Source: Methanobacteriota archaeon
Lineage (GTDB): Archaea; Thermoplasmatota; Thermoplasmata; SG8-5; JAGLSY01
Direction of reading: 5' to 3'
NCBI GenBank assembly: GCA_020696385.1
Contig: JAEHCQ010000001.1
Location: 129,003-193,002 of the forward strand
DNA length: 64,000 nt
The translations under genes were made by a program, and so were the position numbers. Shown in pieces: positions 26,216 to 37,246 of the stretch. The notes beneath the pieces are model-generated. The model was not told where the DNA came from. It made no database searches and was given only the letters and a program-made list of their open reading frames with translations. Each line of letters opens with the position of its first letter. The first letter of the stretch is position 1.

Positions 26216-27859
26216 ATGAGAACCTTCAAATTATCCCGGAATGTGGTCTTATTGGCCCTGTTGTTCATCATAGTGCTGAACGTCGCCATGAGGTATCCCA
26301 CGACACCTCACGAGATAGGTGACGACGGGTTCATGAACCAAGCACTGGCGAAGTACATCACGCAGGAAGGATACGCTTCCTGGCATACCAGTGTGTTCTC
26401 CTTCTTCGGGCTTGGTTCTTTCACCTACCCTGCGGGGTACCAGTTCGTATTATCCGAGGTCTCACAGCTGACTGGCTTCAGTTTGGAGGTCAGTGTGTTT
26501 GTCATTTCCACCTTGGTAGGAGTGTTTGGGGCCTTGTTCGCTTTCATAATGACCAGGGAGATATTCCAGGATGACTTCACCGCTCTGCTTGGAGCTTTTA
26601 TTTTCTCAACCGCTCCGCTTTTCCTTAGAATAACAAATTGGAATGCCTCTGCGAGGCAGTTGTTGCTTATGTACATACCACTTCTGGTCTTCTTACTTCT
26701 ACGAACAGACCTGGTAAAGAAAGCAGAGAAAAAGAACTTCATTGGCAAGGAAGTTTACATGGCATTGACATTGATATTATTACTTACGATGGGGATGATC
26801 CACAGATTGGCAATATACCTCTTCCTTGTAATAGTTGCTTTCATGTTCTCGATGATTCTTTTTAAAATGAAAAGAGCCTACACGATAAGAAAAGGAGTAT
26901 TGACCTTCAGAAAGCATGACATAGCGATGATGACCTTCCTGATGCTATGGGGACTGATGATTACTGGATTTATATACATGCAACTGAGTAATTTCGGCCC
27001 TTATGCAGGTATGAATTTATGGTATAAATATCAGAGTGGATTTCTTTTTTCAGGGAGTGACATTCGGACTATATTCATCAATATGGCAATTGATTATGCA
27101 ACTAGTTTTGGCATACTATCTGCTTTCGGTGTTCTTGGAGCAATTTACATGTTCCAAAAAAGAGAGAAAAATTATGGCTTTACATTCGTCGTTCTTTCTA
27201 TGTTGATACTATCTCCATTATACACAATCGGTCTATACACCCAGATACTTGTATTCACATTTTTCTTTGTTATAATGGTAGTAGGCATAGCAGGCTTGTT
27301 GAATAACAAAAAAATAAGAAAGATAGCAATGCCTATGCTAGTCATTATTATTATTTCTTCAGTAGGGTTTTCAGGCTTCATGATCGGGCATTGGCAATCA
27401 TCTGTAGGTGGAAATTACATGACTGAAAGCGAGTTTAATGCAGCTCTTTATGCCCATGAATATATCAATGATAATGAAACTTTTGTAACTAACAATCAAG
27501 TTTTTGGAAATAGAGTTATTGGGGTTGCAGATGCACAGTTTTTGACAGAAGATTTCGCGTATCCATTGATATATGGCTGGGTTGATAAAGAAGAAGCAAA
27601 AAGAGAATTTGATTTGGATAAAATGATCGAGGAAAAATCAATTATTGTAGTCAGTAATCTGGAAAAAGAAATTCTACACAATGCACGTGCAATAATTTTA
27701 TCAGATATTGATGAAACTTTTGCCCTTCAAAGATATTATACTGTGAAATATTCAATAGAAAATACAAAGGCCTTATCAAGTTACACAGCAGAGGAAAGCA
27801 TACATTCAAAGCGCTATTGTTTGTATTCAAATGGTATACAAAGTATATGGAAATTGTGA
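26216..27859 (+). CDS. Polytopic membrane protein, GT-C-fold glycosyltransferase-like (ArnT/PMT-like), not AglB
   Basis: About 12 predicted transmembrane helices. The first extracytoplasmic loop has HEIGDDGF (a DD motif as in GT-C enzymes). A C-terminal soluble domain of roughly 170 aa. There is no WWDYG motif, so it is not an STT3/AglB oligosaccharyltransferase. Confidence 0.45.
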   Translation: MRTFKLSRNVVLLALLFIIVLNVAMRYPTTPHEIGDDGFMNQALAKYITQEGYASWHTSVFSFFGLGSFTYPAGYQFVLSEVSQLTGFSLEVSVFVISTLVGVFGALFAFIMTREIFQDDFTALLGAFIFSTAPLFLRITNWNASARQLLLMYIPLLVFLLLRTDLVKKAEKKNFIGKEVYMALTLILLLTMGMIHRLAIYLFLVIVAFMFSMILFKMKRAYTIRKGVLTFRKHDIAMMTFLMLWGLMITGFIYMQLSNFGPYAGMNLWYKYQSGFLFSGSDIRTIFINMAIDYATSFGILSAFGVLGAIYMFQKREKNYGFTFVVLSMLILSPLYTIGLYTQILVFTFFFVIMVVGIAGLLNNKKIRKIAMPMLVIIIISSVGFSGFMIGHWQSSVGGNYMTESEFNAALYAHEYINDNETFVTNNQVFGNRVIGVADAQFLTEDFAYPLIYGWVDKEEAKREFDLDKMIEEKSIIVVSNLEKEILHNARAIILSDIDETFALQRYYTVKYSIENTKALSSYTAEESIHSKRYCLYSNGIQSIWKL

Positions 27860-27864
27860 ATTAT

Positions 27865-29016
27865 ATGAAAATTGCCTGGCTGTGTCCATATGATATGACA
27901 AAAGAAGTTCGTGGTGGTGCAGAGAGACATATCATAAATTTGAAAGATGAGATTGTAAAAAACACAGATGTCGAGCTTCACATTGTCTATTGCACTAATA
28001 AGAAAAACATGACAGTTCAAAAAGAGGCAGATAATATTACACTCCATCCAATTGATTCTTCAAGCTTACCAATGACAATTAAAGGAATCTTAATAGATGA
28101 TTTTAAGATCATGAAAACCGTCAAAAAAATAGATCCCGATATCATACATGCACAGATGATTGGGGCACCATATGGATTGGCGGCATCATTATTATCAAAA
28201 AAATATCCAACAATTGTAACCGTACATACCATGACCTTCCAGATGAAGAACAAGAAGCGCTCACTGAAAGGGATAATACATGATGTTATTTGGGAAGCAT
28301 TAGAGAAATGGGAAACAAAAAGGATACATGCTTTCATAGCTGTTGCCAATAATTTGGAAATAGAATTGAAAAGGATGAAGGCAGATAATATCACTGTTAT
28401 TCAAAATGGTGTCGAGAAAAAATGGTTTGACATGGATACAACTCCTGTGCCGGGAAGAATCATTTGTGTTGGTAGATTTCAAAAGATCAAAGGCCAAGAT
28501 CATCTACTTAGAGCCATCCATCAGGTCAAAAGCCAGGGAATAGAAATAGAGCTACATTTGATCGGAGGGATCTTTGACCATAAATACTACAATTCTCTAA
28601 AGGTTATGATAGATGAATTGAATATATCAAAAAATGTTGAATTTTTGGTAGATATAAACGATGATGAATTAGAAAAGGAATATGGTGAATCATCAATTTT
28701 CGTTCTACCGTCACGTGAAGAATCACATCCTATTGCGCTTCTGGAAGCGATGGCATCTGGCAAGCCAGTGATCGCAACTGGCGTTGGAGGCGTACCACAG
28801 ATGCTGACAACAGGAAGAGAAGGATATATCATCGAATATGGTGATTCGGATATATTGGCTAAACACTTGCAGACTTTGTTGAATGACGATACTCTAAGAA
28901 AGTCAATGGGGGAAAATGGGCGAGATACAGTTAGCAAAAACAGATGGAACGAGATTTCAGATAAAACATATCAATTATATTTAAATACTTTAAATAACTT
29001 CAAAAATACTAGGTGA
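27865..29016 (+). CDS. GT4-family glycosyltransferase
   Basis: ESHPIALLEAMASGKPVIATGVGGVPQM. The track starts the ORF at 27817. The ATG at 27865 (MKIAWLCPYD) lies 6 nt after the upstream stop and avoids the overlap. Confidence 0.8.
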   Translation: MKIAWLCPYDMTKEVRGGAERHIINLKDEIVKNTDVELHIVYCTNKKNMTVQKEADNITLHPIDSSSLPMTIKGILIDDFKIMKTVKKIDPDIIHAQMIGAPYGLAASLLSKKYPTIVTVHTMTFQMKNKKRSLKGIIHDVIWEALEKWETKRIHAFIAVANNLEIELKRMKADNITVIQNGVEKKWFDMDTTPVPGRIICVGRFQKIKGQDHLLRAIHQVKSQGIEIELHLIGGIFDHKYYNSLKVMIDELNISKNVEFLVDINDDELEKEYGESSIFVLPSREESHPIALLEAMASGKPVIATGVGGVPQMLTTGREGYIIEYGDSDILAKHLQTLLNDDTLRKSMGENGRDTVSKNRWNEISDKTYQLYLNTLNNFKNTR

Positions 29017-29020
29017 TCCT

Positions 29021-29731
29021 ATGGATGACAAAATTCTATTGGCCTATGAAAAACATGGAATCGGCAAGAAAGATTATGATTTCATGAAAATGATGACAGA
29101 CTGGAAGATGCAGAATTGCCTGTCTATACTACCAAATATAAAAATGTCAAAAATAATGGAAATTGGATGTGCTTCTGGAATGATGCTGAAAGAATTTGAT
29201 AAAAGATTAGCAGCGGACATGAACATAGGTCTTGACATGTCTGTCGGGAGTATTGAATTAGCCAAAGTAGAATTCCCAAAGAGTCATTATTTGGTTGGAG
29301 ATGGTAAGATACTGCCATTCAAAGACAAATCAATAGACCTCGTAATCGCTAGTGATATAATAGAGCACTATGAAGATCCAGAAGAAGGATTGAAAGAAAT
29401 GCAAAGAATATCAAAATATATAATGTTCAAAATACCATTGGAAAAATGCTTAAAGACCGTTGATGATAAATACGGTGAAGATCACCCCAGTGGCCATTAT
29501 TTTAAATGGGATAAGAAAGGAGCAATAAAGTTATTAAAAAATTCAGGATTGGAAATTATAGATTATAGAGTGGATCATCCAGGCGAGAATATACGATTTT
29601 ATAAAGAAAGGTATTTGCGTTACCCATTTCGAAAAGTCCTTATTAAATTTGAAAAGACAATATCAAGACATTTTAAAAATATATACCCATTTTTTTATGG
29701 CAGTAATCTCTTTGTATTCTGTAAATCATAA
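29021..29731 (+). CDS. Class I SAM-dependent methyltransferase
   Basis: IMEIGCASGMMLKEF (SAM-binding motif I) and DLVIASDIIEHYEDP (Methyltransf_11-like). Confidence 0.75.
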   Translation: MDDKILLAYEKHGIGKKDYDFMKMMTDWKMQNCLSILPNIKMSKIMEIGCASGMMLKEFDKRLAADMNIGLDMSVGSIELAKVEFPKSHYLVGDGKILPFKDKSIDLVIASDIIEHYEDPEEGLKEMQRISKYIMFKIPLEKCLKTVDDKYGEDHPSGHYFKWDKKGAIKLLKNSGLEIIDYRVDHPGENIRFYKERYLRYPFRKVLIKFEKTISRHFKNIYPFFYGSNLFVFCKS

Positions 29732-29754
29732 ATAAATATGATCCGGGTGCCCAA

Positions 29755-30918
29755 ATGAAAAAAATACTGATCTACAGCCCAAGATGGTTCCCCTCGATCG
29801 GTGGGATGGAGATGCATGTCAAGACACTTGTTGATTCATCCAAATTAAATTTCGAGATCATCACAAGCGCGGCCTCTGGCTATCCGCTTGAAGAATCTGT
29901 TAATGACAGGACCAAACTCACAAGATTCATGCCATTTGACAAGGAAGTGGTTTCAGACTCAAGATCATCCTTGAGCAAGCTTTCATTTCCTAGCAGACAC
30001 AAAGGAGACAAAAAGAGATTGGAGGATATTCAGAAATACCTGGACAATGCTGAATATGACATATTACACAATCAATATCCGAATATCCCACATACATTTG
30101 CCAAGCTCACTATCATGAAGAACAAGATCATTGGGCATGAGTTCATCGACCTGAAAAGCAAGAAGCCAAAACTGCTGACTGTTCATGGTTTGCTATCGCC
30201 ACAATCAGACTGCCAGGCGATTGAGGATTATGAAAAGAAAATAATTAGTTCATATCAGAATATAATTTGTGTAGACAAAAAGGTAGAAGAATTTGTTAGA
30301 AAATTAGATCCTCATAAAAATATTTGGAATATACCAAATTCAATCAATACCTCTAAATTCTCATTCAAGCCAAAATCCGCAAACAAGGAAAAGTTACAGG
30401 TCGGATTTGTCGGCCGCCTCGAATCTTCCAGGGGAGTGGAATTGCTTGAAAAACTGGTAGAATCAAAACCAGAATACATTGACCTGCACATCATTGGCTC
30501 TGGAAATCAGATCATGGTGGATAAGTTCATTAAAAAATGCACAGGAGCAAACATCAATTTCCAAAAAAATATACCCAATGATGAACTACCTAGCTTCCTT
30601 CAATCAATGGATGTGCTTTTCAATCCAGTAATGGTTGAAGGAATATCCAGAATATCATTGGAAGCCATGTCATGTGGCACTCCTCCGATCATGCTTGACA
30701 AAGGAGATAGAAAACCTGTAAATCACGGAGAAACAGGTTATCTTGTCAAGCCAGATATTGAGCCGATCAAAGAGCAGTTGATAAATATACAAAAATCTAA
30801 AGAAGACCTAGCAAAGATATCAAAGAATGCAAGAAAGGCTGTTGAGAAAGAATTTAGTAATGATGTCATCATTCCGAAGATAGAAGCAGTTTACAATAAA
30901 ATACTGGAGGGAAAGTGA
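29755..30918 (+). CDS. GT4-family glycosyltransferase
   Basis: VEGISRISLEAMSCGTPPIM and a GRLESSRGVELL mid-region, typical of the GT4 C-terminal domain. Confidence 0.75.
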   Translation: MKKILIYSPRWFPSIGGMEMHVKTLVDSSKLNFEIITSAASGYPLEESVNDRTKLTRFMPFDKEVVSDSRSSLSKLSFPSRHKGDKKRLEDIQKYLDNAEYDILHNQYPNIPHTFAKLTIMKNKIIGHEFIDLKSKKPKLLTVHGLLSPQSDCQAIEDYEKKIISSYQNIICVDKKVEEFVRKLDPHKNIWNIPNSINTSKFSFKPKSANKEKLQVGFVGRLESSRGVELLEKLVESKPEYIDLHIIGSGNQIMVDKFIKKCTGANINFQKNIPNDELPSFLQSMDVLFNPVMVEGISRISLEAMSCGTPPIMLDKGDRKPVNHGETGYLVKPDIEPIKEQLINIQKSKEDLAKISKNARKAVEKEFSNDVIIPKIEAVYNKILEGK

Positions 30919-30919
30919 T

Positions 30920-32248
30920 TTGAAAGCCAAGACAATGATCGGAATAATCGATGACCAGACACCGGAATTCAAAGTCATGGTGGAGCTTCTAAATCTCAAT
31001 GGGCACATATTCGAAGAAGCTCAGGAAGATGAAAAATACATCTGCGTTCTGATCCCTCACAAATCATACTCAGTGATCGAAGTTGCCAAGATGCATGTGG
31101 AGAATGAAAAACACATCATCATTGTTGATGAAATCATTCCCCTTAAGGAAGTGTTTGAACATCTGGCAGGCATCGATGATAAAAGATATCTTGAAGATAA
31201 ATTGATGGAAGTTCCAGTAAATGACTGCGCGGATAAACTATTGGACAGGATCAGACGATTATTCATTCTTAGAAAATTCCCACTAATCAGAAAATGGTAT
31301 TGGCCAGATTTCGCTAATGCCTGCGCGATAATCACGCATGACATTGATACGATGAACAATCCGCCATCAGGCTCAGCCAGTCAGTCATTGAAGTACGGAT
31401 ATACCAGGAAAGTTAAGAAAGAGCCATTCTCTGATAATATGGATAATATCTTCGAGATCGAGAAGGCTGAGAATGTTCAATCTACATTTTTCTTCTTTTC
31501 GAATTACGGTAAGTTCCAGGAACATTTCAAGGATAATTTTTGTAATATGAAAGATAAGTTCCCAGGAGAACTGGGGTTACATGGCTCATCACATTCATTC
31601 CAGAGCCATCACATGCTGGCCAAGGAGAAAGATGAGCTAGAGAAACTATTCGGTATAAAGATAAATGGAACCCGCCAACATGGTCTGAATTTCAGAATTC
31701 CACACACCTGGAGATATCAAGAGGAAGCTGGCTTTGATTATGATATGTCCCATTACTACAATGATAAATTCGGATTCAGGGCAGGGATCTGTCACCCATA
31801 TCATCCATTCGATGCCCTCAAGAAAGAACGATTCAATATATTGGAATTGCCAACCACTTTCATGGACTGGACAGCACTAAACATGAATATCGATCATGAC
31901 AATATAATGAAAAATATTACAAATCTTTCAGACATTATTGAAAAAGAAAATGGGATATTCACACTTAATTTTCATAATATGTACATCAATGAAGACACAT
32001 ATCCAGATATAACCAAGGCTTTTTCAGATTCAATTGCTCTTTTGAAACAAAAGAAGTTCTGGATCACAACTGGTAAGGAATGTGCAGAATGGTGGAGAAA
32101 AAGAGAAAACTCAAATATCGTGATCAAGGTTGCTCAAAACAAGATGGCAATCTATTCCGGGGAAAAACTTCCTGTGATCATAGAGTATCCAGATAAAAAA
32201 ATTGTGAAAAAAATCATTGATGCCAAGGGCATAAAGATGGAGTGCTGA
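30920..32248 (+). CDS. Polysaccharide deacetylase-like protein (CE4) with an N-terminal extra domain
   Basis: CAIITHDIDT (TFDDG-like) and GLHGSSHSF (HGxxH motif 2). Confidence 0.5.
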   Translation: MKAKTMIGIIDDQTPEFKVMVELLNLNGHIFEEAQEDEKYICVLIPHKSYSVIEVAKMHVENEKHIIIVDEIIPLKEVFEHLAGIDDKRYLEDKLMEVPVNDCADKLLDRIRRLFILRKFPLIRKWYWPDFANACAIITHDIDTMNNPPSGSASQSLKYGYTRKVKKEPFSDNMDNIFEIEKAENVQSTFFFFSNYGKFQEHFKDNFCNMKDKFPGELGLHGSSHSFQSHHMLAKEKDELEKLFGIKINGTRQHGLNFRIPHTWRYQEEAGFDYDMSHYYNDKFGFRAGICHPYHPFDALKKERFNILELPTTFMDWTALNMNIDHDNIMKNITNLSDIIEKENGIFTLNFHNMYINEDTYPDITKAFSDSIALLKQKKFWITTGKECAEWWRKRENSNIVIKVAQNKMAIYSGEKLPVIIEYPDKKIVKKIIDAKGIKMEC

Positions 32249-32249
32249 T

Positions 32250-33236
32250 ATGGTAATCATCAGAGAAGCCACAGAAAATGATAAGGAAGGGTGGAATAAA
32301 GTGGCTTCCCAGTCGGAATATGGAACTTATGCTCATACTTGGGAATGGGCTGATGTTATCGAGAATGGTCTAGACATCAAAGCAGTGAAGCTTATTGCAG
32401 AAATTGATGAACAGATTGTCGGTATTTATTCTGGCTTTTTGAAGAAGGGAAAGCACAATGTTCTTTTCTCACCTATAGATATTACCTGGGATTATGGCGG
32501 TCCAGTCATCAAGAATACAACAGAAGATAATATTATCGGACTAATGCTCAATGAAATGGAAAAAATGGCCAAGAAACATGATTGTGTGTCTTTAAGAATT
32601 TCACCTTTTGCAGGCTATAAGCACATAACTGCATTATCAGAATATAGGATAGTAGAGCGACTGACAATGATGATAGATCTATCATTGACCACAGAAGAAC
32701 TTTGGAGCAATGTGAAAAAGAATGCCAGACGCTATATCAACAAACCAAAAGAGGCAGGAATACAGATAATCGAAGATAACTCATTGGAGGGAATTTTGAA
32801 ATTACATGAGATATTAGTAAAATTCTTTTCGGAAATGGAAATCCCAGTGCCCCCACAGCAATTTTTTAAGGAGATCCATAATACATTAATCCCAAAAAAA
32901 ATGGCAAGTGTACATCTAGTACAATATGAAAATAAAATCATAGGCGGTGGATTAAGCTTTATGGTTGGGAAAACAGTGACGTTCAGATATGCAGCCATCT
33001 CCAAAGATTATAAAGATACATATGCTCATTATTTATTGCACTGGAATAGAATTTTGAATTTTAGAAATAAAGGGTTTGATCAAGTTGATATGGGGGGTAT
33101 TTCTTCGGATGAAAAAAGTGGAATATATTTCTTCAAAAGCAGATTCGGTGGGAAAGTCGTAAATGTGGATTGGTTTGTAAAAGATATTTATCTACCAAAG
33201 ATCAGAGCAATAAAACGAAAAATGAAAAGCAACTAA
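32250..33236 (+). CDS. FemAB-like / GNAT-fold aminoacyl- or acyl-transferase
   Basis: Length and a two-lobe pattern with FRYAAISKDYKDTYAHYLLHWNRILNFRNKGFDQVDMGG resemble FemAB/DUF482-type transferases. This is a weak assignment. Confidence 0.45.
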   Translation: MVIIREATENDKEGWNKVASQSEYGTYAHTWEWADVIENGLDIKAVKLIAEIDEQIVGIYSGFLKKGKHNVLFSPIDITWDYGGPVIKNTTEDNIIGLMLNEMEKMAKKHDCVSLRISPFAGYKHITALSEYRIVERLTMMIDLSLTTEELWSNVKKNARRYINKPKEAGIQIIEDNSLEGILKLHEILVKFFSEMEIPVPPQQFFKEIHNTLIPKKMASVHLVQYENKIIGGGLSFMVGKTVTFRYAAISKDYKDTYAHYLLHWNRILNFRNKGFDQVDMGGISSDEKSGIYFFKSRFGGKVVNVDWFVKDIYLPKIRAIKRKMKSN

Positions 33237-33862
33237 GCTATAATTTCAGCTCCATTTTCACCGATCTCAATTTTTCTTTTAAAAACAGCTGGAGAACCGC
33301 CAACTACTGTATATGGTTCAACATTTTTGTTTACAACACTATTCGGTAAAACAACACTATGATGCCCTATTGTAACATTCGGGTATATAGTTGACAATCC
33401 TCCAATCCATACCGAATCTTCTATTATAACAGGACCTTCCATTCTGTGTGTATTATCTGTGATCTTTGAACTCATAAGTGCTTTATTCACTGTTGAATGA
33501 GTCCAAATGCCCACACTTGGGCCAGCTATATGTACATGATTCCCAATTGTTAAACCACCACTACCATCAAGAATATTATTGAAACCAATATATGTGTGTT
33601 CTCCAATGATTACTTTATTTCTTTCCAAACCAAGTATCTGGGATCCTGTATCAATTACGGAATTAGATCCGATCTCTGATGCAATAATTTTAGCATGATG
33701 GCGAATTTTAACATTGTCCGCTAGCTTAGCACCCTTCCAGACAATCGAGTGTCTATCAACTTTCACATTATCGCCAATCTCAAGACCAGCTGAGCGAAGT
33801 AGAGAACATCTAAGGCCATTACCAGGTGCGACCCTAGCTAAACGTAGGAATACTGTACCCAT
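33233..33862 (-). CDS. Hexapeptide-repeat (LbH) acetyltransferase, WcaF/XAT-like
   Basis: Repeated hexapeptide pattern: IGDNVKVDRHSIV, IGSNSVIDTGSQI, IGEHTYIGFNNIL, IGNHVHIAGPSVGI. Confidence 0.8.
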   Translation of the reverse strand: MGTVFLRLARVAPGNGLRCSLLRSAGLEIGDNVKVDRHSIVWKGAKLADNVKIRHHAKIIASEIGSNSVIDTGSQILGLERNKVIIGEHTYIGFNNILDGSGGLTIGNHVHIAGPSVGIWTHSTVNKALMSSKITDNTHRMEGPVIIEDSVWIGGLSTIYPNVTIGHHSVVLPNSVVNKNVEPYTVVGGSPAVFKRKIEIGENGAEIIA

Positions 33863-33898
33863 ATGAAATGTGAGTATATTACAGCCATAAAAAATTGC

Positions 33899-35074
33899 CT
33901 ATGATTTCAAAGCCTCAATAATGTCTCGGGCTCGATGATTCCATGAATGCTTTTCTTCAATAGCCTTACGACCATTATGACCTAGTTTTTCAGCCATTTC
34001 TCTGTCTGAAAGAAGTATTGATAATTTATCTGCAAAGTCTTCAACATTATTTTCACAAATGAGCCCACAGCTTTCTTCTCCAATAATTTTCATTGTTTCG
34101 ATTAGATTGGTTGCAATAATAGGCCTTCCAGCAGCCATAGTATCAAAGAGTTTTAGAGGGGTGCAAGCATCTAGATAATCTGTTTTAGGCATTAAATTCA
34201 CACTTAGATAAGCATTCTTGAAAAAGTCAGGGGCATTCTCATAAAAAACATCTTTACTAAATTTGATCCAATTAAACTTTGAATATTTTTTATGTATATA
34301 TTCTTCGTATCCTGGTATGGGGCTATCTGATGTTCCGATCTCTACAGTGAGTTCAGCATGATCTTTCTTGACCTTTACACAACCATCCAATAGAGTTTCT
34401 ATTCCCGCAATTGGTTGCATACCAGTTAAAATTCCAATATTTAGATTATCTGGTAGTTCACTATGAATAAAATGATTAGGGTCTGAAGCGTTCATGCAAG
34501 TCATCCCTTTTTCAACAATATGGTCATCATATTTTTTCATCAATGTTTCTGAAGGAAACAAAATTAAATCAGATAATTCTTGTGATTCTCTAATATTTAT
34601 CTCAGCGGACCTAATCTTTTTCTCAGAAATTGGAATCGAATACCTATCATCATAATTCAAAGTAGATTGGTATTGTAAAATTGGATCATCTCTGAAATCA
34701 AGAGCAATTGGAATTCCAGTTCTTTTCAGCCTCTCCATGAATGTTTTCTGCTGAATACCATGGACCAAATACCATTTATTTTCTTTTTTTTCATCAATGA
34801 AATTCTGTAATTGTTTTCTTTTATCTTGTTGGTCCGAGCTCAATATTTTTACAGATCCTGGTCGCAATCTATATGGCAAGAAATCTTCAATCACTTCAAC
34901 ATCAGCTGATTCTTTCTTCAAGGCCATATCTAGATTAAATGGCCTATGGCCACCTCTCAAATTGGGCTTTGTGGGTTGAAAAGATAAAATGTTTAGTCCA
35001 GAATTCACATCCATACCTATGACATAAGAGCTATATAATTTTTTATCAAAACTCTTAAAATACATAAAGAGCAT
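33899..35074 (-). CDS. GT4-like glycosyltransferase
   Basis: C-terminal FDTMAAGRPIIATNLIETMKIIGEESCGLI. Confidence 0.7.
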   Translation of the reverse strand: MLFMYFKSFDKKLYSSYVIGMDVNSGLNILSFQPTKPNLRGGHRPFNLDMALKKESADVEVIEDFLPYRLRPGSVKILSSDQQDKRKQLQNFIDEKKENKWYLVHGIQQKTFMERLKRTGIPIALDFRDDPILQYQSTLNYDDRYSIPISEKKIRSAEINIRESQELSDLILFPSETLMKKYDDHIVEKGMTCMNASDPNHFIHSELPDNLNIGILTGMQPIAGIETLLDGCVKVKKDHAELTVEIGTSDSPIPGYEEYIHKKYSKFNWIKFSKDVFYENAPDFFKNAYLSVNLMPKTDYLDACTPLKLFDTMAAGRPIIATNLIETMKIIGEESCGLICENNVEDFADKLSILLSDREMAEKLGHNGRKAIEEKHSWNHRARDIIEALKS

Positions 35075-35089
35075 CTTGCTTTTATTGAT

Positions 35090-35737
35090 ATGACCAAAAA
35101 AAAACCTATTAAAAAAACTTTTATTCCTTTGTATGCGCCAATTTTCAGAGCCGTACCTTCAGCTCTAAAAAGATTTATTCTAAGATCATTAGGAGCTGAA
35201 ATATCTCATACTTGCATAATCAATAAGAATACATTGATTGAAGGAAAAATCAACCAGCTTAAGATTGGCAAAGGGGTTGTTATTGGAAAAAATTGTACAA
35301 TTAGGATTCATGGCAAAATGGTTATTGAAGACGGTGCGATAATAAGAGAAAAATGTGCTATTGGATATGGGCATACACCAGAAAAAAATGTTTTAGTAAA
35401 AATTGGAAAAAATACTATGATAAGTCCAAAGGTCTACATTGAAACTACGGGGGGCGTAGAAATTGGTGAACATGTTATAATAACTGGCGAATCTGTAATC
35501 TTCACCCACGAGCATAGTGTAAAGAAAGATATTTTAATACAGAAACAAAAAATTATTCCAAAATATGGAACAACAATAGGGAATGATGTATATATTGGAT
35601 ACAGAAGCACGATTTTAGGCGGAGTAATAATAGAAGATGGAGCTGTGATTGGAGCGAATTCTGTTATAACTAAAAATGTCAATCAAAATACAATAGTCGC
35701 AGGGGTTCCTGCGAGAATCATAGGCCATAGAGAATGA
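35090..35737 (+). CDS. Hexapeptide-repeat sugar O-acetyltransferase
   Basis: IGKGVVIGKNCTI, IEDGAIIREKCAIGYG, IGNDVYIGYRSTILGGVIIEDGAVIGANSVI. Confidence 0.8.
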   Translation: MTKKKPIKKTFIPLYAPIFRAVPSALKRFILRSLGAEISHTCIINKNTLIEGKINQLKIGKGVVIGKNCTIRIHGKMVIEDGAIIREKCAIGYGHTPEKNVLVKIGKNTMISPKVYIETTGGVEIGEHVIITGESVIFTHEHSVKKDILIQKQKIIPKYGTTIGNDVYIGYRSTILGGVIIEDGAVIGANSVITKNVNQNTIVAGVPARIIGHRE

Positions 35738-35740
35738 TTA

Positions 35741-37246
35741 TCATACTTTGCTTCTAACCAAAGCTTTGATTTCCTCTTTATCATCATTATTCAACATAAT
35801 GTAAAATAAAGAATAATATATTATTAATCCAAATATACTTAATATGCCCACAGTTACTAGGTTATTAATAGGTAATATTTGAACACAGATATACAATAAA
35901 AAACCTGTGATAATGGCCAATGGATAATTTGGAATTAATGCTTCTTTTACATACTTCACCACACTTATATCTAGAATTCTAAAAGACCATGAAATATATA
36001 CAGGCATTAGAACCATCATTGGTAATACAGTGCCTAATACGACTCCCATGATTCCAATATGCGATACAAGAACCACACTTATGATCAAATTAAGAACCAT
36101 ATTTAAAATTGTAAAGGTCAAGATCGGCTTGAACTTTTCTTTAGCTAAAAGAACAGATTCTGTCATTCCACCAACATTGAAGAACCAATAGAAAACAAAA
36201 ACCTGGGTCACGATCACCATACCCATGAATTCCTCACTGCCCATCCAATATCGTATTATTGGATCTGCTAATACGAATATCACTGTAGCGAATGAAAATA
36301 TTGCAGCACATGAATATTTACCTCCCTTAATAATAAGCTTTTCAAGCATTTCTTTCTGTTCCAATGCTGCCATTTCAGAGGCAGCTGGTAATATAGCACT
36401 GGTCATAAGTCGAGGAATTGTCATAACGAGATCATGTAGTTTTCTAGCAACAGCATAAAGAGTGATAGCTCCAACAGAAACAAAAGCTCCGATCAAAATT
36501 CGATCTGTGCCAAGTATGACAAGAACAGAAAATTGTATAATAAATACCGCACTGCTAAACTTCAGTATTTTTTGCAATGTTTCTTTTGTCATATACTTTC
36601 TACTTATAGTAATAAATGGATATAAACGGCTGATGATTATGATAGATATTACTTGTCCGATTGAGCCAACGATTATTCCCCATAATACTAATTCAATTAT
36701 ACCATAACCAGAGATAAGGAGTATGATAGTTACAACTGCATTTGCAGTTGAAGTCATAAACCCAAGATATGTGTTGATGTCATATCTTTGCATTCCAAGC
36801 AAGACAGTGCCAAAACTTTTGATTGGCCAAGAGGTAAGAGCCCCAATAGCAACCAGATAAGCAATCAATCTTGCTTTATCTATTTGATCACTAGGCACAT
36901 TGAATAATTCTACATAGAAATAACCAATTATCAATGTTGAACAACAAATTATTATTCCTATCACTAAAAAGAATATGTAAGTTGAGTTGACCATTTTGTT
37001 TATTGATTCTTTATCATCCACTGCATTAAATTGAGCTACATATTTTATTAGAGCCTGACCAAAACCAAGGTCCAATAGGCCAAAATATCCAACAAGAGCA
37101 CCCACTAACAAATAGATCCCATAATCATCAATTCCAATATAATGAATAGTAAAAGGAAATAAAAAAAAAGATATGATATATTTCCATGCCTTTAGTAATG
37201 AAGTAGCAATAGTATTCTTCACAATTTTCTTCTTCACGCCTACCAT
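35741..37246 (-). CDS. Wzx-like oligosaccharide flippase (MOP superfamily polysaccharide biosynthesis protein)
   Basis: About 12-14 transmembrane helices with a PST-family pattern. The likely start is the ATG at 37246 (MVGVKKKIVKNTIATSLLKAWKY). The track ORF extends to 37396 and adds 50 residues, which is probably too long. Confidence 0.7.
   Translation of the reverse strand: MVGVKKKIVKNTIATSLLKAWKYIISFFLFPFTIHYIGIDDYGIYLLVGALVGYFGLLDLGFGQALIKYVAQFNAVDDKESINKMVNSTYIFFLVIGIIICCSTLIIGYFYVELFNVPSDQIDKARLIAYLVAIGALTSWPIKSFGTVLLGMQRYDINTYLGFMTSTANAVVTIILLISGYGIIELVLWGIIVGSIGQVISIIIISRLYPFITISRKYMTKETLQKILKFSSAVFIIQFSVLVILGTDRILIGAFVSVGAITLYAVARKLHDLVMTIPRLMTSAILPAASEMAALEQKEMLEKLIIKGGKYSCAAIFSFATVIFVLADPIIRYWMGSEEFMGMVIVTQVFVFYWFFNVGGMTESVLLAKEKFKPILTFTILNMVLNLIISVVLVSHIGIMGVVLGTVLPMMVLMPVYISWSFRILDISVVKYVKEALIPNYPLAIITGFLLYICVQILPINNLVTVGILSIFGLIIYYSLFYIMLNNDDKEEIKALVRSKV

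Noticed and set aside
26216-27859. Possibility that the large membrane protein in the glycan island is the oligosaccharyltransferase AglB
   Set aside because: It has no WWDYG motif and no STT3-like C-terminal domain. It is kept as a generic GT-C-like membrane glycosyltransferase.
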